Shown: positions 46,862 through 56,453 of the stretch, one piece after another | Layout of the letters: each line of letters opens with the position of its first letter | How positions within the stretch are numbered: position 1 is the first letter of the stretch | Position numbers and translations under genes: made by a program | The notes under the pieces: generated by a model | The model's database searches: none | Told to the model about the DNA's origin: nothing | Seen by the model: only the letters and a program-made list of their open reading frames with translations | Virus record (IMG/VR): IMGVR_UViG_3300005613_000048 | Location: 6,858-70,857 of that record | Direction: 5' to 3' (one strand) | Length of the DNA: 64,000 bases | DNA from: a virus

Positions 46862-47143
46862 ATGGAAACGACAGAGACAGGATTGGTAGAGCAGTCGGAT
46901 ACGCCACGCAGTCTGGTAAGCCTCGACCATAACGGGCCGAGCATACGCGTGTTGTGCATTGGTAATGGCAATATGGTTGTGCCGGCTGGCGCAGTTGATG
47001 AAGACGGGAACGCTAGGCCGATCAACCATAGTTTTGTGTCGAGGCTTTCTTTCGGCATGTTCGCGCTGTCATTCGCATGTGGTCTGAGCCTCGGCGTATG
47101 GACCAACGTACTCATGGATTGGATTGTAGCGCGGGGATGGTAA
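46862..47143 (+). CDS. Small protein with C-terminal TM
   Basis: AAGGAG RBS. Confidence 0.6.
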   Translation: METTETGLVEQSDTPRSLVSLDHNGPSIRVLCIGNGNMVVPAGAVDEDGNARPINHSFVSRLSFGMFALSFACGLSLGVWTNVLMDWIVARGW

Positions 47144-47955
47144 GGCGAGTGCAGCGAAAAAGGCTCAAGGGTTGGCAGAGTCCGCCGAACACTCGTTCGG
47201 TCTGCCGCCCTGGAAGGTTCGGCAATCCGTTTGCCACTGCGAAAGCGTACCGCGACTGGCTTGTTCGCGGCGAGGTTGATCGGATGCAGTTACTCGACCA
47301 GCTCTCGGCTGCGGAACTAAGATGCAGGCGGTTCGAGATCCTGTCTGCCCTGCATGAAATACGCAGACAGAACCTGAGTTGCTTTTGTCCGCTTGATGGG
47401 GATTGCCATGCCGATGTGCTTTTGGATCTTGCGAATCGTCGCAGCGACTGGATCACTGACGGAGGCGAATTGACTGCCTTTGGTGCAGTATTCAGCGATG
47501 ATCGCAGGTATCGTTACACGCTTTGGCGGCGATGGAGCTTTGGAGGTGATAACCTTTGTGCTTTCATAGGCCTCAACCCTTCAACTGCGGACGAGTTCAG
47601 GAATGACCCGACAGTGACTCGTTGCATCAGGCGCGCGCAGCAGCTCGGCCACAGTGGCATGGTCATGCTTAACTTGTTTGGCTATCGCGCCACTGACCCG
47701 CGCGACATGAAGAGGTTCCCAGAGCCCATTGGCTGGCAGAATGACCAGGCTATCTTGGATGTATGCAGGGAAGCAGGGAGAGTGATCTGTGCATGGGGCG
47801 CTCATGGTGAATACCAGGGGCGGGCAGAGCATGTGTTGGGCATGCTGAAGCGCAATCGGATCGCAGTCTATCACTTGGGCTTGACGCAAGCTGGACACCC
47901 ACGGCATCCGCTTTACTTGCGAAATGATTTGGTTCCCGAGCGTTGGGAGATTTGA
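47137..47955 (+). CDS. DUF4326-DUF1643 fusion protein
   Basis: RPGRFGNPF..LSCFCP..CHADVL (DUF4326) then YRYTLWR..FIGLNPSTAD..DPT..AWG..PRHPLY (DUF1643). Confidence 0.8.
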   Translation: MVRRVQRKRLKGWQSPPNTRSVCRPGRFGNPFATAKAYRDWLVRGEVDRMQLLDQLSAAELRCRRFEILSALHEIRRQNLSCFCPLDGDCHADVLLDLANRRSDWITDGGELTAFGAVFSDDRRYRYTLWRRWSFGGDNLCAFIGLNPSTADEFRNDPTVTRCIRRAQQLGHSGMVMLNLFGYRATDPRDMKRFPEPIGWQNDQAILDVCREAGRVICAWGAHGEYQGRAEHVLGMLKRNRIAVYHLGLTQAGHPRHPLYLRNDLVPERWEI

Positions 47956-48019
47956 TGCGGACTTGGGACCGCTTCTATCAGGAAGTGCATTAACCGGCGT
48001 CCTTGCCGGTCCCTCTGCG

Positions 48020-49630
48020 TTAGTTGAGCTTGAGCATGTTAGATGGTGCGATTCGGAAGCTCGAACCGAATGTAGATCGAATGAACTCAGCGTCTCCATT
48101 GGTGGCCTGGAGTTCTTCGATAGCATCCTCAGCACTGCGGAGCCATCCCAGCAGTCTGCCTGCCTCGACATTGATTGCCAACATGAGCTTCTGGCTGAAT
48201 TGCATGTGCAGGTTTTGATTCTTGAAGGCCCGCACGGCCACCAGCGGCTCGCCGTCATTCATCTTGATGGTGTTCTTCGTGCTGCTCGACCACCGATAGT
48301 TTAGTGGACTGTCGTCGCAATCGAAACCGAGGTTGTTGGCTACCGTGATGCAATCGCGGATGAAGTCATACGCAGCCTAACAGAGCCCGTTGCGGTTCTC
48401 GAACTGCCACTGCGAAGTGCTGATTCCGCCAATGCGTTCGCAGACAATGCGGTACTCCAGCTTGTAATGGCTGTGATGTTCGTCCAAGTATCGCCATCCC
48501 GAACGCTCCCATACTTTGTGGTTTGATTTGTAGTTGACGACGTTGCACTTCTCGCTCAGCATTCGGAACACGCCGATGAGCTGTTCATCGAAGTAATCAT
48601 TGGACCATTTGGTGATCCAGATCAGCATGGAGTAGATGTTGCTCTCGGTGAAGTCGATGGTTGACTTGCTTTCGAGGCTGTCAAGAAACTGCTTGCGTTG
48701 CTTGGTCGCGAGTCGCTTGGTGATTGGATCCAGGCGATCGAAAAGAACACGCCAGTATTTGTACTTGAGGCCCGTAATCTTTTCCCTAATGCCAACCATC
48801 ACGCTGCTCTTAGTGACATCTAGTTCCTTCAGGATGATTGGATTTAGTTGTGCAACAGCCCTGTAGTTGTTCACGAGCTGAACCAGCTCGGCATCGTAGG
48901 CCTTCACGAGCGACTGGATCAAGTTGGAATCGCTTTCGATCATGCGGCAGGCTCGATCGTAAGCGTCAGTCTCGGGCTCAAGCTCAATGTCGAAAACTTC
49001 GAGTTCAGGCATCATCTCCTCGATTGCAGCATTGAAAGGGCAATGCTCGTGGTCGCGAAGGTAGAGGTAGACAACCTCGACCTTGCACCTTGCTTTGCGT
49101 TCGGCGTTTTCAAAGTCAAACTCGCCAAGCGATACGGTTTCGACGTTGCGAGAGGCAATGGCAGCATTGATTTCCAGTGACTGCCTCCAACGTCTAGGAA
49201 TCACCAAGTACAAATGATTCGCGTTCGATTCGCGGATCAGTTTCACTGCCCAATCCTCGTACTCACTGTACGGTGGATTTGAAAAAGTGATATCCATGTG
49301 CTTGTCGACGATCATCTGACACCGAAAGTCAGTTCCAATTACGACAATATGCTTTGGCATTGCGTTGAGGTGTGGAGTTGCCTTCTCGATGCCAAAGAGT
49401 TCCACTTGGTGGTGGAAGTTCTTGTTCTCATCGAGGGTGCTTTTGATGGCATCGAGAACCCGTCCGTCACCAGCTCCGACATCAAGGATCTTCAGTTTGC
49501 CGTGGTGGTAGTCGACTTGCGAGACGATGTGGCTGGCGACCAACTGAGTAATCTCCTCAGTCGTTGGATACCATTCAAAATCTTCGCCAGCATCTTTCAA
49601 TGCTAGTACGGTCTGCGTGGTGCTACTCAT
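48020..49630 (-). pseudogene. SAM-dependent methyltransferase with DUF4942-like C-terminus, interrupted by one in-frame TAG at 48377-48379
   Basis: EWYPT, LDVGAGDG and NPPY motifs; frame stays open after TAG through AFKNQNLH..NVEAGRLLGWL. Confidence 0.72.
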
Positions 49631-49835
49631 TGCTATCCTTCGTTGGTAGTGGACTTTTGGGAACTTTGCCGCCTGTAATGTGCTTCCAGTTGCGGCCATG
49701 GACGATATGCTTGACCGTGCTGTAGTTGGCACCGATCAGCTTTGAGATTTTCAAGGGACCATGCCCTTGGTGCCGAAGTTCAATGATCTTCCGCACTTGT
49801 TCTTCAGTCAGTTTGGGAGTACAGAGCTTGCTCAT
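49623..49835 (-). CDS. Small HTH protein
   Basis: KLTEEQVRKI...ISKLIG.NYSTVKHIVHGRNWKHI. Confidence 0.65.
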   Translation of the reverse strand: MSKLCTPKLTEEQVRKIIELRHQGHGPLKISKLIGANYSTVKHIVHGRNWKHITGGKVPKSPLPTKDSNE

Positions 49836-50062
49836 TCGTCGAAGCTCTCGATTTCCCGTGCTTTCAACATTGCATCCGCAATGCGGTAGCACTTCTCAGC
49901 CACGCACCTGATGCAGTCGTTGCTGTTGATCCAACCACCTTGTTCTGACTGTGATGCCAGTTCGCCACTGAGCGCAGCCGCAGCGAAGTAATCGCGAATG
50001 GTGATCCCAGGAAACGCTTGGGTTCCGTGTGGCAGAGGGAACGCTGGTAAATTGCCGCTCAC
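49832..50062 (-). CDS. Conserved small phage protein
   Basis: PAFP..GITIRDYFAAAAL..YRIADAMLKAR motif. Confidence 0.75.
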   Translation of the reverse strand: MSGNLPAFPLPHGTQAFPGITIRDYFAAAALSGELASQSEQGGWINSNDCIRCVAEKCYRIADAMLKAREIESFDE

Positions 50063-50331
50063 TACTTGATCCTAATGATAGAGACACGACCTGTAAGAAT
50101 ACGACTTTGGGAACGTTGCACGAGCTTGATGGTTTCATCTCCGTGCCCATCTTTAACCATCCATGCTTTTGCGGTCAGCTTGCTGCTGAACCGCAGCCCA
50201 ACGATGGCGGAACCATCACTAGTAACGGTTGCTCGCATCCCAACCTTGATGCTTGGCAGCATATTGCCGTATGGGTTCTTGGTTACTTCGACGATGTCGC
50301 CCTTGCGAAAACTTGGCATGATTCGCTCCAT
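50062..50331 (-). CDS. Small SH3-like hypothetical protein
   Basis: FRKGDIVEV...KVGMRATV. Confidence 0.55.
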   Translation of the reverse strand: MERIMPSFRKGDIVEVTKNPYGNMLPSIKVGMRATVTSDGSAIVGLRFSSKLTAKAWMVKDGHGDETIKLVQRSQSRILTGRVSIIRIK

Positions 50332-50352
50332 GTGAGAGTGCGGTGTGTCTAC

Positions 50353-50384
50353 AAAAAAAGCCCGTCGACCGAAGCCGGCGGGCT
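50353..50384 (-). terminator. Rho-independent terminator
   Basis: AGCCCGCCGG-loop-CGACGGGCT followed by a T run on the minus strand. Confidence 0.7.
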
Positions 50385-50413
50385 AATGCAATATCTACGG
50401 CGAGTTGCGCCGG

Positions 50414-50670
50414 CTACGCTGGCTGGCAATAGTAGGCCAGTTGTTGGCCAATCCCTTTCCCTTGCACTGGTCTGGCGGTTCGTACGCCAAAGACGCGAAG
50501 GGTCGTCGACGTTGATCCATCAAAACAAGGATTGAAACGCGAAAGAGAGTGCCGTTGTAAAGTTCTCTCGCTGGGGTAAAGTCACAAACGCCCCGGTGTA
50601 CCTTGGACTTGCCGCAGCCTACCAGAGCGATCCGCAGGCCTGGCCGGTTGTCGAGTTGCTTTGGAGTCAC
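50414..50670 (-). pseudogene. DUF6884-like gene with its centre replaced by a CRISPR repeat
   Basis: N-part IALVGCGKSK..PARELYNGTLFR (50670-50539); C-part PVQGKGIGQQLAYY* in another frame (50500-50414). Confidence 0.7.
50502..50538 (+). CRISPR. Solitary 37-bp CRISPR repeat GTCGTCGACGTTGATCCATCAAAACAAGGATTGAAAC
   Basis: 37 nt, ATTGAAAC 3' handle, ATCC/GGAT stem; resembles the GATCCAxxAAAACAAGGATTGAAAC class 1 repeat family; no second copy seen. Confidence 0.82.
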
Positions 50671-50755
50671 GTTAGTTCCTGCGTGAGAGTGTGAAGGTGA
50701 ACCTAATCGCACTGCCCCGCAGGGCAGCGCCGTTAGTGTCACGTTCGGTAGCCAA

Positions 50756-52069
50756 TCAGCCAGCCAAGCTGACGGTTTTCATCCACGATGGCACTTCTCG
50801 CTTGCAATCGTCGCGAGTGAGAGCGACCACCACAGGTGCCTTTGGCTTCTGGTCAGGCCAAGGGGTGTACCCATCGGTAACGCAGACGATCAGATCGACA
50901 GGGTCTTTCTGCTCGGCTACGTGGTCGATGATGGCGCCCATGTCGGTGCCACCGCCGCCGGCAAGTTCGACTTGGTCATGCCGGAACACTTTGGCCTTGG
51001 TGCAGGCCTGAGTGTCTCCGGTGATGACGCGGATCCCGTCGCTCGATCGAAGGGCTCCGAGGACTTGAGCGATCAGCCCGAGCGCCGAGGCTAACTCGGA
51101 TTGACGCATCGAGCCCGAGGTGTCGACGATGATCACAACCCTTGGGTTGGGCCGGATCGACTTTGGCCGCAGAACACCGCCAACGGGCAGACGTCTGGCG
51201 GGCCTTCGATAGGTCGAAGTGCCAGGGCCGCTTTCGGCTCCGGTCAGCCGTGTGCGGATCGCATTGGCCAGCAATCGGCGAGGATTGATCTTGGTTGGCT
51301 GTGCCTGGTCGACCAAACGCTTGGCCGACTGAGACCCTACGCCCTTCCGCTTGGTAATATCCTCGACCACCTTTTGGACAATCTGCTCCGCGTCGTGACT
51401 ACTCACGCCGGGTGGAGCGTCATTTGAGGCCCCTGAGGCCTCGCCTGACGCGTCCTCTTCGCCACCTGACTCAGACAGCGGCTCGTCCTCTAAACTCGAT
51501 TCCCAGGGCCGTTTTTGGCCGTCGCTGCCGCTTCCGCCCGGTTGTGGTTGGCCTTGGTCGCTTTCCTGGCCTGTGCCGGACTCAGGATCGCCATCGCCGC
51601 CCCCACCGCTTGCCGGTTGGTGATCCTGTTGCTTTGCGTGTTGCTGCATCAGGATCTGGAAGTATTCTTCCGCGGGTAGCTCGGGCTTGAGGCCGTCACG
51701 CTGTGGCATCAGAGCGTATTCCGGAACCGTCATGCCCTCGGCGTCCAGCATGCTGTTCACGGCGTAATCCGCCGCGATGTTCCAGAGTACCTGTTCATGG
51801 CCTCCAGGTCGCTTCAGCACACGCTGGCCACGGGTGCAGTGACCTAGAACGAGGTGGCACACTTCGTGAGCCACAACGAACTCCAGATCGTCCTTGGAAC
51901 GAGTGTCCACAAACTCTCGATTCCAGTACAGTCGCCACTTGGCGTCGACAGCCATGGTTCCGACAGCCGATTGCTCGACTTCGGCCATGGACAAGGTGGC
52001 CGTTGCTAAGAACGGCCACCGGCGGCACACAGCAAGGCGTGCCGCTGCAATCTTGTCCTCGGCTTTCAC
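50756..52069 (-). CDS. DUF2201-like metallopeptidase plus VWA domain protein
   Basis: AHEVCHLVLGH, WNIAADYAVN, VDTSGSM, GGGGTD, VTDG. Confidence 0.88.
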   Translation of the reverse strand: MKAEDKIAAARLAVCRRWPFLATATLSMAEVEQSAVGTMAVDAKWRLYWNREFVDTRSKDDLEFVVAHEVCHLVLGHCTRGQRVLKRPGGHEQVLWNIAADYAVNSMLDAEGMTVPEYALMPQRDGLKPELPAEEYFQILMQQHAKQQDHQPASGGGGDGDPESGTGQESDQGQPQPGGSGSDGQKRPWESSLEDEPLSESGGEEDASGEASGASNDAPPGVSSHDAEQIVQKVVEDITKRKGVGSQSAKRLVDQAQPTKINPRRLLANAIRTRLTGAESGPGTSTYRRPARRLPVGGVLRPKSIRPNPRVVIIVDTSGSMRQSELASALGLIAQVLGALRSSDGIRVITGDTQACTKAKVFRHDQVELAGGGGTDMGAIIDHVAEQKDPVDLIVCVTDGYTPWPDQKPKAPVVVALTRDDCKREVPSWMKTVSLAG

Positions 52070-53175
52070 TATGCGGAAGCTCCTACGATCAGTTCAGCCA
52101 TCTCCTGGGAGATGCCAGCTCGAATGCGAGGCTCGTAGCCGCTGGGCTTGGCTTTCCAAACCGCACCGTGGCAGCTCACGGCCAGCTCTCGGCGCTGGCT
52201 GAAGATGTGTTCGTTCAGGTCCATGAGACTCTCCCAGGTCTCAGGATCGTTCTCACGCTTGGCCACACCGATGCAGCCAGCGATCATTGCACGGGCTAGG
52301 TCGAATCGTCGTGGAACTTGCCAAGACGTCGGGTTGGCCAAGATCGACTCGGGCGTTGGCAGTCGCTGTTTGTCCACCCATGCCAGGAACTCCATGGCAG
52401 GGCCATCACCGACACAACCACGAACCAGCTTGGATGCGGTTGCCTTGGATCCGCCAGCCGCTTCACAAGCAGCCAACAAGATGCCGGCGTTGGTCCAAGA
52501 GCGATCCGAACGCCATGGGCGAATTGCAGCCGATTCGTCCTTGGGATATGTCTCCTCGGGATCGAAGTGCTGCGGCATGCTCTCCTCGAACATGCAAAGC
52601 AACTGTCCCCACTTGGGACCGAAGTCTAACAGGAAGTCAGGCGGAACGATTGGGAACTCGGGTGCTGGGAAGTGGGTAAAGCCATTGGCCCATCCAGCCC
52701 GTCGCTCGTCGATGTGTCGCTCCCATTGGAGCATACACACGCGGTTGATCACTGGCGGTGCCAGTTCAACACCCGAGGTTGATTGTTCGATCGGGTTCAT
52801 GAACGCGCCCATCCAGCAAAGGTCAGGCGGGTTGTTGATGATTTCCTGAGCAGCCCCCAAAACATCATGCGATGCGTGGTTCAGCTCATCGAGCAGCACA
52901 ATCGAAGGCTCGTTGGTCGCACGGACCAGTTCCTCAGGCATGAGAGACATGACACACTCATGCTCCTCGCCATCAATGTCGATGGTGCGAGGCACAGGAA
53001 CGCCACCGATGTCCTCACGCAATTTTTGCGAAAGGATCACTTGCAAGAATCGCCGCTTCGTAGCAGCAGCCATTGCACGGCATACAGCCGTTTTGCCTTG
53101 ACCAGGGCTGGACTCAGCCACTGGCACTACACCCGCTTGCATTGCGATGTAGAAGGCCCAGTTGGTTTGACTCAT
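52069..53175 (-). CDS. MoxR/dynein-related AAA+ ATPase
   Basis: SSPGQGKT, LLDELN, PPVINR and RSW motifs; paired with the VWA gene. Confidence 0.85.
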   Translation of the reverse strand: MSQTNWAFYIAMQAGVVPVAESSPGQGKTAVCRAMAAATKRRFLQVILSQKLREDIGGVPVPRTIDIDGEEHECVMSLMPEELVRATNEPSIVLLDELNHASHDVLGAAQEIINNPPDLCWMGAFMNPIEQSTSGVELAPPVINRVCMLQWERHIDERRAGWANGFTHFPAPEFPIVPPDFLLDFGPKWGQLLCMFEESMPQHFDPEETYPKDESAAIRPWRSDRSWTNAGILLAACEAAGGSKATASKLVRGCVGDGPAMEFLAWVDKQRLPTPESILANPTSWQVPRRFDLARAMIAGCIGVAKRENDPETWESLMDLNEHIFSQRRELAVSCHGAVWKAKPSGYEPRIRAGISQEMAELIVGASA

Positions 53176-53300
53176 GCGAATCACCAGGGGACAGAGGGAA
53201 GAAAACACGGCGGTCACCGCCGACATAGCAATATCCACGGCGAGTTGCGCCGGGCTCCGAGCGAGAGATAGTCAAGTGTCGACCATGTCGCTCTACAAAC

Positions 53301-53336
53301 AAAAAAACCCGCTAGCAGCCGAAGCCACTAGCGGGT
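53301..53336 (-). terminator. Rho-independent terminator
   Basis: ACCCGCTAG...CTAGCGGGT hairpin followed by a T run on the minus strand. Confidence 0.75.
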
Positions 53337-53437
53337 CAGGATTAGGAAAAATGGCCAGCGGGCTTTCGGGGGAGCTTAGACGTTGCCCAATCACCCATAC
53401 ATCGGGTTACCAATCCGATGCGCTGGCCCTTAGAACG

Positions 53438-53671
53438 TTACTTGATGCCTTGCATCCGGTCAACTCTGACACACAGAGCGTGGTGCGATCTTTCCAGTTC
53501 TTGCAGTCGAACACTAAGATCTTCCATGCGGTCAATGGCTTCGTGAATTTCGGCACTGACAATGTCAGCGTCAACCTCCAGGCCCTCCTTGATGCGTTTC
53601 AGCTTCAAGTGGACAGCCGCAGCAAGTTCCGTGACTGTCTCGCAATCTGTTAGCCTTCGTGGCTTGGTCAT
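53438..53671 (-). CDS. Small coiled-coil protein
   Basis: Coupled to the upstream stop (TAATG). Confidence 0.6.
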   Translation of the reverse strand: MTKPRRLTDCETVTELAAAVHLKLKRIKEGLEVDADIVSAEIHEAIDRMEDLSVRLQELERSHHALCVRVDRMQGIK

Positions 53672-54531
53672 TAGGCCACCTCGTACAGATCTTCAAACAC
53701 CTGATCGGCTTCACGCTCGGCCTTAGCAGCCTGCAAAGCCTGGAGTGTCGGACGCAATGCATCGCGGCAAGCGGCAAGTGTCTCGCCAAGCAAACCCTCG
53801 TATTGCTTCATGCGGTTGAACAGGTTCCCTGAGCGATCAACCCGGTTCTGGATGGCTCTGTCGCCAAGATCGTTATCGGCCAGCTCCTTGCGAATCGCAG
53901 CGGCCTCTGTCTCGACTTCGCGAACAATCGCATCGCGAATGTCTCGCAAGGTCATAGCATTGGTCTCCATCGGGCAGATGGTGACGCTGTTGGACACGCC
54001 ATTGCATGCCGACTCCTCGACAGCCTTAGCGATGTTCATCCACTTGCCAGTCATGTTTTCTGGCACAAAGTAAATTCCACCGCCCTCACGCATGGCAATG
54101 CCACCGAGAACGCTGTTGATGATTTCGATCATCACGGCTGACACGCTTGAGGCCGGCAACACGCGGCGATAGTGGTTGGCCTTGTCTTGCAAGGCCTGGC
54201 GGTCAAAGTCACCAGAGCGAACAATGACTTCGCCCTCATCGGTGATTGTCGCCGAACCCAAAGCAGGAAAGTTGTTCTCCCGCTCGCCCTTGATTTCTTC
54301 AACCACGCTGTAGCCGTTCTTCTCGCGGCGTTTCAGTGGCCGAATCATCTTGCCAGGAAACTGGTCAGTGAGTGCAGCCTTCAGGCTCATAAGCCAAGTT
54401 CGTTGCTCAGGGGCATACTTAGGCAAGCCAAGTTTGTCAAACCGATGGAGCAAGCCATCGGGGTCAGTCTCTGCGCCGAGTGACCACCAAGTGATGCACC
54501 CGGCGTGCTCTGACATGCTTTGGATTCGCAT
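53671..54531 (-). CDS. DUF6744-like phage protein
   Basis: GCITWWSL and GGIAMREGGGIYFVP motifs; GGAGCTTAG RBS. Confidence 0.65.
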   Translation of the reverse strand: MRIQSMSEHAGCITWWSLGAETDPDGLLHRFDKLGLPKYAPEQRTWLMSLKAALTDQFPGKMIRPLKRREKNGYSVVEEIKGERENNFPALGSATITDEGEVIVRSGDFDRQALQDKANHYRRVLPASSVSAVMIEIINSVLGGIAMREGGGIYFVPENMTGKWMNIAKAVEESACNGVSNSVTICPMETNAMTLRDIRDAIVREVETEAAAIRKELADNDLGDRAIQNRVDRSGNLFNRMKQYEGLLGETLAACRDALRPTLQALQAAKAEREADQVFEDLYEVA

Positions 54532-54653
54532 GATCTAAGCTCCGAGGGTAAGAGGAAGTAAAGCCGAAGCCGCCGCCCGGCGTGGCGGGTGGCGGTTGTC
54601 GGGTCTACATCAATATCTAAGCCGTGTTGCGCGGCCTGGTCGCCACTTGACTA

Positions 54654-55316
54654 TCAGTCTAGCATCTCGCCGGCGGCAATCTTCTGCAACGCTTGACGCA
54701 TGTTGCCCTTGCAGTTCGCGATCAGTTCGCAGTAAGCGTCCAGTGGCTTGCCATTGACATCCTCAATGGTTGCAATCTCCGAAAGCCGCTTGGCCATCTC
54801 CAGTAGAGTGCCCTTGTCGAACTCCAGGTCGATGCAAACAGCTCGGGAAAGAAAAGGGCAAGCGTCAAATTTGTCGCCAAACAAACGATCTTGCCCTTGG
54901 TTAGTGGTGGTGAAGATCCAAGTCCCGTTGCGTTGAACGTTAGGATCTTCTAGCACCGTCTGAAGCCGACTGACTACCTTGTTGCTGAGCCCATGGCTCT
55001 CGTTGACTACGAAAGCGTAGCCGCCAGGCTTGCCGTCGTAGCTGAGTGGCTTCAGTTGACATTTGCGTTCCCATTCTCGAACCATGTCGAGTGACAAGTC
55101 CTGAGCGTCAATCTCGAACGTTGTGAACTCGCTAGCCGAATAGCTAGCGATGATGCGGGCCAGCGTTGTCTTGCCGGTGCCCGATTCGCCAACGATCCAG
55201 AACACTTGGCCCTTGATGCCAGTGGTCTTGTGGATGCACGTTAGGCGTTTGATGGCTTTCTTTTGCCCAACGACTTCGCTGAACTTCTTCGGCCTGTATT
55301 TCTCATACAGTTGCAT
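54654..55316 (-). CDS. Clamp-loader-like (DnaX/RFC) AAA+ domain, truncated, with atypical Walker B
   Basis: LYEKYRPKKFSEVVGQ, GESGTGKTT, VVNESH, SR, GNMRQAL. Confidence 0.8.
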   Translation of the reverse strand: MQLYEKYRPKKFSEVVGQKKAIKRLTCIHKTTGIKGQVFWIVGESGTGKTTLARIIASYSASEFTTFEIDAQDLSLDMVREWERKCQLKPLSYDGKPGGYAFVVNESHGLSNKVVSRLQTVLEDPNVQRNGTWIFTTTNQGQDRLFGDKFDACPFLSRAVCIDLEFDKGTLLEMAKRLSEIATIEDVNGKPLDAYCELIANCKGNMRQALQKIAAGEMLD

Positions 55317-55394
55317 GTCTAAGCTCCTTGGTAAGAGGAAGTGGCGGCGAACATCGCCGCCGTAGCAATATCCAGCCCCGGTTGCGCCGCCGGC

Positions 55395-55733
55395 TTAGCA
55401 GTCGCACTGAGGTTGAAAGTTAGAGCAGAGTGCCAATCGCATCATGATGACCCAGCGGCCAACGCCCTTGTTTCCAACTTGCAGCAGTGGCGCACTGGCT
55501 TCAGGTGCCGTTTCGATAACCCTGAAGATCCCAACCGTTCTCGGGTCATAGCCAGGCTTTTGCATGACGATGACCACCTGAGAACCAGCAGCAACGTAAT
55601 CTTCTGGCCGAAATGGCATGTAGCCACGGTCAGTGTTGCGGCGATAGATAACATCAATCGAACCGTCAAACTCAGAAGCCATCCAATGGACAGCTTGCTT
55701 GAGTTCGCCAAGCGTACAGAAACCACTAGACAT
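55395..55733 (-). CDS. Hypothetical protein
   Basis: AGGAG RBS; overlaps the upstream stop. Confidence 0.5.
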   Translation of the reverse strand: MSSGFCTLGELKQAVHWMASEFDGSIDVIYRRNTDRGYMPFRPEDYVAAGSQVVIVMQKPGYDPRTVGIFRVIETAPEASAPLLQVGNKGVGRWVIMMRLALCSNFQPQCDC

Positions 55734-56370
55734 TGCAGAACTCCTGGTATTGGATGACAGGCTTAACGCCCCACCAGGAGTTGCAGTAGCGAATAGCCAT
55801 CTCTTCGCTCTCAAAAGTGCTGTGATAATCACCACCGCAGAACAACATGAAAGGGCGTTCTTGCTTGTATGATGGCAGGAAATCTAACACAAGAGCCTTC
55901 GTGTGATACTTTGGATGGCTGTATAAGACCTGCTTTGGGTTGCGCGTCGTTGTGATTTTCACAATCTTGTCGGAATCGATAAGAGCCCCGCCCATGCTTC
56001 TGCGGTTGTGTACCAGCAACGGAAACTTGCTTGCTGTTGTTGAAACAAGGCCTTCAACGTCGTAAGTACACATGTCGTCAAGGCCTGTCACCGGATTTCC
56101 ATAGTGAAGACGCAACCGCCTGCCCCTTACTTGGAGCAGGATTGCGTTCACTTTTGGTTCTGTACCAACAGCACAGAAGATCTTGGCCATGCTCTTGTTG
56201 TTGCGCTCGCCGGCAATGTACTTCTCGTTGTGAAAAGCCAGGTCATCTGGATTGTGATCGCTCCAGTCCTCGCCGCAGGCAACGCATCGCATTGCCTCAT
56301 AGCCTAGTGCGCCGTTGTAGTAACTCTTTTCGCCACCACAAAGGCAGTGACTTTTGTAAATCTGCCTCAT
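55726..56370 (-). CDS. Hypothetical protein with N-terminal Zn ribbon
   Basis: CLCGG..CVACG; GGAGCTTAG RBS. Confidence 0.65.
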   Translation of the reverse strand: MRQIYKSHCLCGGEKSYYNGALGYEAMRCVACGEDWSDHNPDDLAFHNEKYIAGERNNKSMAKIFCAVGTEPKVNAILLQVRGRRLRLHYGNPVTGLDDMCTYDVEGLVSTTASKFPLLVHNRRSMGGALIDSDKIVKITTTRNPKQVLYSHPKYHTKALVLDFLPSYKQERPFMLFCGGDYHSTFESEEMAIRYCNSWWGVKPVIQYQEFCNV

Positions 56371-56453
56371 TCTAAGCTCCATGGTAAGTGGTAAGTAAAG
56401 TCAAAGGCCCCCACTCAATCGTTGAGTGAGGTGGTTTGAATTAACTTGCCAGA

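Noticed and set aside
50430-50620. Full or mini CRISPR array
   Set aside because: Only one repeat copy was found; both flanks are explained as parts of one protein-coding gene.
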